Assembly: GCF_028368995.1 (NCBI RefSeq)
Contig: NZ_JAQNDL010000001.1
Coordinates: forward strand, 3,040,001-3,104,000
Source: Nannocystis bainbridge
GTDB lineage: Bacteria > Myxococcota_A > Polyangia > Nannocystales > Nannocystaceae
DNA: 64,000 bases
Direction of reading: 5' to 3'
A program made the translations under genes and the position numbers. Shown piece by piece: positions 57,331-64,000 of this stretch (the first letter of the stretch is position 1; every line of letters starts with the position of its first letter). The notes below the pieces were generated by a model, which saw only the letters and a program-made list of their open reading frames with translations, was not told where the DNA came from and ran no database searches.

Positions 57331-59252
57331 ACCTCGACCAGCGAGCGGAACCCGGCCGTCAGGGTCGTCGTGCCGACGAACAGCAGCGGCCCGAGGGTCA
57401 CCCACGCGTAGGCCGGGCGGCGGCCCTCCTTGAGCACGATCGTCGTCCCGACCGCCAGCGCCACCGCGGCCAGCAGCTGGTTGGCGATGCCGAACATCGG
57501 CCAGATCGTGGCGATCGATCCGGTCAGGATGAAGTAGCTCCACCCGGCCACGATCACCAGCGACGACAGCACCGCCCCCGGCGGCCACGACGGATCGCCG
57601 AGCTTGCGGTGGAACCGCCCCATGAACTCCTGCAGCAGGAACCGGCCCACCCGCGTCCCCGTGTCGATCGTCGTCAGGATGAACAACGCCTCGAACATGA
57701 TGGCGAAGTGGTACCAATAGTCGAGCAGCGCGCGCATGCCGGGCAGGCCCGAGAACACCCGCGCCATCCCGACCGCCAGCGACACTGCCCCGCCCGTGCG
57801 TGCCGCGATCACCTCGTCGGTCGCCTCCGCCAGCTTCGGCAGGTCCTCGACCTTCACCCCGAGGCGCTTGAAGTCACCCGTGCTCAGCTCCGACGCGTGC
57901 AGCGAGCCCGCTTCGGCGTGGTAGCCCAATGCTGCGAGTGACCCATTGGAAAGCCGCAGCACCTCCGACAGCTTCAGCGAGCGCTCCGCCGCCGCCGTCG
58001 CCGACTGCCCCTCTGCCAACCCGAGCCGTCGGCGATCGTCCGCCGTCATCACCGGGTCGAGCGCCGCCAGGGCCTCGCGCGTCGGCGCCAGCCCGCCCTT
58101 CGCGTCGGCGACCACCGCGATCTTCGGGTCGGTGTTGATCGCGAAGTAATCGGCGGGTGGCAGCGCCGTCGCGGCCAGCAGCGCCGTGATCCCGACCAGC
58201 CCCTCCATCAGCATCGCCCCGTAGCCGATCGGCCGGATGTCGGACTCCTTGTCGACCATCTTCGGCGTCGTGCCCGAGGCGATCAGCGCGTGGAAGCCCG
58301 AGATCGCCCCGCAGGCGATGGTGATGAACACGAACGGGAACAGCGACCCGCGGACCACCGCCGGGAACACCTCGCCGTCGACCGCGATCGTGCCCGCCCC
58401 GACCGTGTTCAGCAGCGGCATCTCGATCACCGGGTTGACCAGCACGATCCCCAGGACGAGCAGCGCGATCGTCCCGATCTTCATGTACGACGACAGATAG
58501 TCGCGCGGGCACAGCAGCATCCACACCGGCAGCACGCTGGCGACGAACCCATAGGCCGCGATCAGCAGCGTGATCGTCGTCTCCGACAATTGCAGCAGCT
58601 GGCCCAGGCTCGAGTCCTGGACCTGCTTGCCGAACACCACACACAGTAATAATAACAGCACCCCGACCGCGGTCGCCTCGCGCACGCCCTGGGCGCTGCC
58701 GCGGCGCACCTTGTAGATATAGAGGCCCATCGCCAGCGCGATCGGGATCGACGCGCCGATCGTGAACACTCCCCACGCGCTCTCGGCCAGCGCGCCGACG
58801 ACCACCCGGCCGAGGCCGGCGAGGGCGATGACGACGATGAAGAGGATCGCCACGCCCGCGACCGCGCCGACGCCGGGTCCGAGCTCGTCGCGGGCGATCT
58901 CCGCCAGCGAGCGGCCGCCGCGGCGCACCGAGGCCGTCAGCATCACCAGGTCGTGGACCGCCCCGCCGAGCACCACGCCGATCAAGATCCACGAGTAACC
59001 GGGCAAAAAGCCGAACTGGGCCGCCAGCACCGGGCCGACCAGGGGACCGGCGCCGGTGATGGCCGCGAAGTGGTGGCCGAACAGCACCCAGCGCGACGTC
59101 GGGTGGTAGTTCTGGCCGTCGTTGCGCACGTGCGCCGGCGTGATGCGGGCGTCGTCGAGCGCCAGCACCTTCGCCGCCAGGAACGCCGAGTAGTAGCGGT
59201 AGGCGATCGCCAGCACCGCCAGAGCCAGGATCATGAACCACAGCGCGTGCAT
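57183..59252 (-). CDS. cstA: carbon starvation protein A (peptide/pyruvate transporter)
   Basis: [50 protein letters not shown]. Confidence 0.95.
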   Translation of the reverse strand: MHALWFMILALAVLAIAYRYYSAFLAAKVLALDDARITPAHVRNDGQNYHPTSRWVLFGHHFAAITGAGPLVGPVLAAQFGFLPGYSWILIGVVLGGAVHDLVMLTASVRRGGRSLAEIARDELGPGVGAVAGVAILFIVVIALAGLGRVVVGALAESAWGVFTIGASIPIALAMGLYIYKVRRGSAQGVREATAVGVLLLLLCVVFGKQVQDSSLGQLLQLSETTITLLIAAYGFVASVLPVWMLLCPRDYLSSYMKIGTIALLVLGIVLVNPVIEMPLLNTVGAGTIAVDGEVFPAVVRGSLFPFVFITIACGAISGFHALIASGTTPKMVDKESDIRPIGYGAMLMEGLVGITALLAATALPPADYFAINTDPKIAVVADAKGGLAPTREALAALDPVMTADDRRRLGLAEGQSATAAAERSLKLSEVLRLSNGSLAALGYHAEAGSLHASELSTGDFKRLGVKVEDLPKLAEATDEVIAARTGGAVSLAVGMARVFSGLPGMRALLDYWYHFAIMFEALFILTTIDTGTRVGRFLLQEFMGRFHRKLGDPSWPPGAVLSSLVIVAGWSYFILTGSIATIWPMFGIANQLLAAVALAVGTTIVLKEGRRPAYAWVTLGPLLFVGTTTLTAGFRSLVEVYVPMTRDPATATMGIVNTIVTGTLLACVVAILAMSGRKWLEILRARTG

Positions 59253-59300
59253 GGACGGGGCGACAGGCTACCACGCCCCGCACCCGCCGCGCCGACCGGC

Positions 59301-60104
59301 TCAGGCGCGGCGCTTGTGGGCCGACGCGAGGGCGTGCGCCACCCCGGCCTTGAGGTCACCGAGCACGACCACCTGGCCGAAATCCACGCCCAGCCGCACG
59401 ATCGCCTGCGCCACCGTCGGGCCCACGCCCGTCACCACCGCCGCCGCCCCGAGCAGGCGCACGCCCGCGGCCGCCCGCGCCAGCGCCTCGATCGCCGTGG
59501 TGTCCATGCGCCGCACGCCGGTGACATCGAGGATCGCCGTGTGGGCGCGGTACTGCGTCACCCCTGTCAGCAGCGTCTCGGACATCTGCGCCGCCCGCTG
59601 GGCGTCGAGCTTGCCGATCAGCGGCATCACCAGCACGCCGTCGGCCACCGGCAGCAGCGGCGTCGCCATCTCGAGCGTCGCCTCGAGCTGCGCCTGCGCC
59701 TCGGCGTCCTCGGCGTTCTTCCTGGTGGTCACGTCCTCGAACCACCCGATCACGCCGGCGATCGCCCCGCTGGGGTCGCGCAGCGGGATGCGGTGGCGAT
59801 CGATCCAGATCGTGCTGCCGCCCTCTCCGGGGAACGGCAGGCGCACGTAGAGCCGCTGCTGGCCTGACTGGATCACGTCGAGGTCGTCGGCCCGGTACGA
59901 GGCGGCGTCGTCTCGCCACCACAGGTCCGTGTCGCTGAGCCCCACCAGGTCATCCGGTGAAGCGAAGCCGCACAACTTCGCCATCGCCTGATTGCCGCCG
60001 AGGTAGCGCGAGTCGAGGTCCTTCCAGAAGACGGCCCACGGCAACGAGTCGACCACTGCCTTGAACTGCGCCAGCTGCCCTGCGAGATCGAGACCCTGAG
60101 TCAT
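59301..60104 (-). CDS. PAS-STAS (RsbR-like) protein
   Basis: FWKDLDSRYLGGN PAS domain; TPLLPV..PLIGKLD..ILDVTGV STAS domain. Confidence 0.88.
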   Translation of the reverse strand: MTQGLDLAGQLAQFKAVVDSLPWAVFWKDLDSRYLGGNQAMAKLCGFASPDDLVGLSDTDLWWRDDAASYRADDLDVIQSGQQRLYVRLPFPGEGGSTIWIDRHRIPLRDPSGAIAGVIGWFEDVTTRKNAEDAEAQAQLEATLEMATPLLPVADGVLVMPLIGKLDAQRAAQMSETLLTGVTQYRAHTAILDVTGVRRMDTTAIEALARAAAGVRLLGAAAVVTGVGPTVAQAIVRLGVDFGQVVVLGDLKAGVAHALASAHKRRA

Positions 60105-60148
60105 GCGCGGCGACCGTATCACGCCGCAAAACGGCGTAAAGGGGGTCC

Positions 60149-61048
60149 TCAGACGGCGCGTGCGGCCGACGGAGACGCCTGCGTCGTCGGGAACGCATGC
60201 TCCAGAGCGGCGAGGTCGTCGTGCGAGAGTGTGAGCGCCCCGGCCGCCGCGCTGTCGATGGCGCTGGGGATCTTGCTCGCGCCCGGGATGGGGATGACGA
60301 CCGGCGAGCGGGCCACGAGCCACGCGAGGGCGATCTGGAACGGGGACACGCCGTGGTCGGCGGCGACGCGGCGCAACGTCGGATCCTCGGCGACACGGTG
60401 CTTGCCGCGGGAGCCACCGACCGGGCTGTAGGCGAGGTAGGCGATCTTCTCCGCCTCGCACAGCGAGATCACTCCGTTGCCGAAGTCGCGGCGGTCGAAC
60501 ACGCTGCAGCGATTCTGCACGCTGACGATCGGCGCGACCTGCTGGGCCCGGCGGATCTGCGCGGCTGTCACATTGGAGAGGCCGATGTGCACGATCTTGC
60601 CGGCGCGGCGCAGCTCCGCCAGAGCGCCGACGCTGTCCTCGAGCGGGACCGCGTCGTCGACCGAGTGCAGCTGATAGAGCGTGATCGCCGGGACCTTGAG
60701 CGCCTTGAGGCTGGCCTCGCAGGCGGCCTTGAGGCGGCGCGGGTGGGCGTCGGTGACCCATGCGCCGCCGGGTCGGGTCAGCCCGCCCTTGGTCGCCACC
60801 ACCACCGACTCCGGGTCTTGCCACTGCTCGAGCGCCGCCTCGATCAGCTTCTCGTTGTGCCCGATCTCCGCCTGGTCGAGGCAGTACACGTCGGCCGTGT
60901 CGATGAGCGTCACGCCGGCTCGCAGCGACGCGTGGATCACCTTGATCGCCTCCGACTTGGCCGGCCTCCCTTCGAGCGAGAGCGGCATGCCGCCGAGACC
61001 GATAGAGGACACTTGAAGGCCGGTGGAGCCGAGCGGTCGGAGGTTCAT
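60149..61048 (-). CDS. aldo/keto reductase
   Basis: IGLGGM, IDTADVY, ATKGG, LYQLH, IGLSN, PIPGA. Confidence 0.92.
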   Translation of the reverse strand: MNLRPLGSTGLQVSSIGLGGMPLSLEGRPAKSEAIKVIHASLRAGVTLIDTADVYCLDQAEIGHNEKLIEAALEQWQDPESVVVATKGGLTRPGGAWVTDAHPRRLKAACEASLKALKVPAITLYQLHSVDDAVPLEDSVGALAELRRAGKIVHIGLSNVTAAQIRRAQQVAPIVSVQNRCSVFDRRDFGNGVISLCEAEKIAYLAYSPVGGSRGKHRVAEDPTLRRVAADHGVSPFQIALAWLVARSPVVIPIPGASKIPSAIDSAAAGALTLSHDDLAALEHAFPTTQASPSAARAV

Positions 61049-61975
61049 GGTGGGCGTCCTCGCAGGTGCGAACCGACCACTTAGCACAGAACCAAGAACA
61101 TCGGACACGGGCACTTCTGCCCGCCTCGGTGACCACTGCGCGTTCTCGCACGAGACCGCCGCGACGCGGCTCCACCGCCGCAGTTTCGCGTGAAGTCGAT
61201 TTCATCTCACCGGGGTTTTTGCGGGCCCTCGATCGAAGGATGCTCCGCGTGTTGCAGCGACGTCATCGAAGCGACGCGCGCACATGCGCCGCGCGTCGCA
61301 TCACCGCGACGAATTCTTTGCGACTGACTTGCTCGTGGTCGTCGCCGTCGCCGAGACCTCGGCGAGCATCACCGTCGCCCGCACCAATCATACCGCGGGG
61401 ACGTCCGACGTGCCGTCCAACAGCTTCTGGCCGCTCGAGCTGTCGTGGGTCACCGGGCTGCTTGCGGTCAACAGCGTCGTCTCCCTCGACGAGGCGACGT
61501 GCTTCAGGTCGTGTCGGCCAGCAACGGCGTCCGCGCCCCGCGGCAAGAGCCAGTGCTCGGCATCCAGGATGGTGGAGCCAGGGACACCGGGCATCGGGCT
61601 CTTCGCGCAGCAACCCGAAGCAGTGGCGAGGACGCGCGCTGTGGGGCAGGATCGACGCGTCGAGCGGCGGCATCCTGGCGGCCGGGGACGGAGAGGACGA
61701 GACGGGCCCCGCCGTGTGCGCCCTGTCGTTCGCGGCGTTCACCGGCGCCTTCGCTGCGCCGACGATCGGGGTGGCCGTCGGGCGCTGGCACCACCGCACG
61801 CCGTTGCGCCGCTACGAATTGCAGCTCCGCGCCACTGGCCTGCAAGTACGCTTCTGACGCGCACCGTCCATTGCCGCCGAGGCCGCGAGCGCGGCGAAGC
61901 GCCGACCCGTATCGATCTACTCGTCGCAGGGTCGAGCCTTTGCACGCCCACCCGCGACCTCTCGCAGTCACTGTC

Positions 61976-62500
61976 TCAAAGACCGCGGCGCTCGAGCGCG
62001 CGGAACAGGTCGTCGAGGAATTGCACCTCGTCGGTCGTCGCGTGCAGGTCGCGGCCGAGCGTCAATGCTGCCACCGAGATCAGCATCGCCACCACCTTCG
62101 AGCGCACCAGGTACTCCACCTGCTCGAACGCGCCGTTGTGCAGCTTGCCCCACCGCTTGAGCTCGTCGCGCGCCGCGGGCGAGTAGCCGGCCATCTCGGC
62201 CCACTCGTGGAACACCGTCAGGCGGCCGAGGCTCATCTCGCGCTCGGCCCGTCCGGTGTAGAACTGCAGCGCCCCGAGCGTCGCCTGTCCTTTGAGCCTG
62301 GTGATCAGGAACCGCTCGGCCGGGCGCCACAGCAGCACCTCGGTGCCGCCCACCTGATAGACCTCCGCGTCTGCGTCGTTCCAGGCGAAGGACACCACCG
62401 CAGGTGTGCCTGAAACCCCACGCGGTGGGAAGTGCGCAAACGGCGAGCGGACATTATCGCCCGCCGCGCGCCGGTGCGAGGCGACCCCACGAGTCACCAT
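61976..62500 (-). CDS. hypothetical protein (start uncertain)
   Basis: C-terminal ~130 aa has plausible globular composition. Confidence 0.5.
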   Translation of the reverse strand: MVTRGVASHRRAAGDNVRSPFAHFPPRGVSGTPAVVSFAWNDADAEVYQVGGTEVLLWRPAERFLITRLKGQATLGALQFYTGRAEREMSLGRLTVFHEWAEMAGYSPAARDELKRWGKLHNGAFEQVEYLVRSKVVAMLISVAALTLGRDLHATTDEVQFLDDLFRALERRGL

Positions 62501-64000
62501 TCACGGCGGCGCCCCGGTGGTGACCTCGAGCGTCGCGCCGCGCTCGAGCCCGAGGCGCAGCGTCGTGCCGACTGGCGCGCGCGTCAGCTGCTCGTAGAGG
62601 TAGCGCCGCTCGCCGGTCACGTCCTCGCCGTCGACGCTGACGATCACGTCGCCCGCTCGCAGGCCTGCCGCCGCCGCCGGCGACCCGGGGCGCACCAGCG
62701 CGACCTCGAACTTGCGCTGCGCCGGGTCGGCCGCGGGTGCCCCGAGCTTGATCGCGTAGCCGAGGTCTCCGCTCGCCTCGCCCGACTTGAGGCGCTGCTT
62801 GGCGACCCGGATCGGCGGCAGCTCGACCTCGGGCCCGCCGGCGATCGTGGTGGTCCACGTCGTCTGGCTGTAATCCACCGCCGTACCGCGCGGCGCCGCC
62901 ACCAGCACCGTCACCAGGCCGACCGGCGCTCCCTCGACCTCGAAGCGGCCCTGCGCGTCGGTCCGCGGGGTGTGGCGGTCGTCGATCGTGTAGCCCTGGC
63001 CCTGGCTGACCCGCACCGCCGCGCCGACCACCGGCGCCCCCTCGAGGTCGACCACCGTCCCGCGCAGCTTGACCTTCGCCGCCAGCTCGACCCGCACCCC
63101 GGCCCGCTCCTCACCTGTCCCGAGAGACACCTCGGCGTCCTGCGTGCCCTCCGGCGCGCTGACCGACAGCTTGTACTCGCCCGCCGGCAGCTCCGCGAAG
63201 CTCCACGCGCCACCCGTGCGAAAGAACTGGTCGGTGCGCTGATACCCGGTGCGCGGGTCCGCCAGCGTCGCCGAGAACTCCTGCGGCGAACCGCCGCCCT
63301 TGAGCGCCACCGTCCCCGCCAAGCGGCCGGTCGGCGCGATCGTCAGCGTCACCTCGGCGCCGAGCGCCACGTGCTCGACCGTCGTCTCGCCGCCGCCGCG
63401 GCGGAACGCGCGGACCGTGTACTTGCCGGGGAACAGCTCCTCGACCGCGAAGCGGCCCTCGGCGTCGGTCAGGTGCGGCTTGCTGTTCAGGCTGAAGAAC
63501 CGCGGCGCCGCCCCGCCCGACCCGCGCGCGCTCTCCGACTCGCGCGTCGCCTCGACGAACGCGTCGCCCACGACCGCGCCGCCGGCGTCGCGCACGACCC
63601 CGACGATCTTCCCGTTGCCGGTCTCGACGGTCAGCTTGACGGTCGCCACCGCGTCGGCCTCGACCATCAACTTCACGCCCTGCACGTCGTCGTCGCCGGT
63701 CCCCGGCGCGCGCAGCTTGACGCCGTCGCGCGTGGCCGCCACGCGGTACTCGCCGGCCGCCGCCTCGGGCACGTGGAAGCTCCCGTCGTCGGCCGTCATC
63801 GCCGACGCGCGCCGCCCCGGCGCCTGCAGCGACACCTGGGCCCGCGCGACCGGGTTGCCGTGCACGTCACGGACCTCGCCGCGGACCTGCCCCGACGCCA
63901 GCAGCGTGACGCGGATGTCCTCGAGGTCCTGTCCTTCGGGCAATGTCACTTCGATCGGCTTGTCCCCGGTCGGCCGCGGCGTCCCCTTCGAGAACGCCCG
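62501..64000 (-). CDS. carboxypeptidase-regulatory-like repeat protein with C-terminal PDZ (5' end beyond window)
   Basis: Repeated G.V.D..G.PV..A.V / TDAxGRF units; GSPAAAAGLRAGDVIVSVDG; frame open to 64000. Confidence 0.85.
   Translation of the reverse strand, partial: RAFSKGTPRPTGDKPIEVTLPEGQDLEDIRVTLLASGQVRGEVRDVHGNPVARAQVSLQAPGRRASAMTADDGSFHVPEAAAGEYRVAATRDGVKLRAPGTGDDDVQGVKLMVEADAVATVKLTVETGNGKIVGVVRDAGGAVVGDAFVEATRESESARGSGGAAPRFFSLNSKPHLTDAEGRFAVEELFPGKYTVRAFRRGGGETTVEHVALGAEVTLTIAPTGRLAGTVALKGGGSPQEFSATLADPRTGYQRTDQFFRTGGAWSFAELPAGEYKLSVSAPEGTQDAEVSLGTGEERAGVRVELAAKVKLRGTVVDLEGAPVVGAAVRVSQGQGYTIDDRHTPRTDAQGRFEVEGAPVGLVTVLVAAPRGTAVDYSQTTWTTTIAGGPEVELPPIRVAKQRLKSGEASGDLGYAIKLGAPAADPAQRKFEVALVRPGSPAAAAGLRAGDVIVSVDGEDVTGERRYLYEQLTRAPVGTTLRLGLERGATLEVTTGAPP

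Noticed and set aside
59301-61205. 634-aa ORF as one protein
   Set aside because: The N-terminal extension overlaps the aldo/keto reductase in another frame; the PAS-STAS gene starts at 60104.

Overview
Very GC-rich bacterial chromosome segment. Gene content (Thr/Ser-linker Cys-rich lipoproteins, IgGFc-binding-like paralogs, Pro-rich kinase-like and FHA proteins) suggests a myxobacterium, plausibly Nannocystis-like (inference). About 50 CDS: housekeeping genes (glpD, pyk, corA, glgC, glgA, cstA, ABC transporter, DAACS symporter), signalling proteins and many surface lipoproteins. The most notable signals lie outside the ORF track. (1) At 16.5-17.9 kb, four tandem 17-24 aa micropeptide genes (MKx[KR]TxTRA..G..NPL[YF]) are interleaved with a conserved palindrome and converge on three tandem atypical tRNA-Cys(GCA) genes; these are preceded by a sigma70-like promoter, a Cys-containing putative leader peptide and a 10-bp tandem repeat. 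(2) A dispersed intergenic element made of abutting TGTYY-N4-RRACA palindromes puts CATG at a 14-bp period at about 14 loci, mostly at gene 3' ends. (3) A tRNA-Leu has the rare anticodon AAG. (4) Identical 21-bp-spaced LytTR-type direct repeats precede two operons. (5) A kinase-like, a caspase-like and a metalloprotease-like protein appear catalytically dead.
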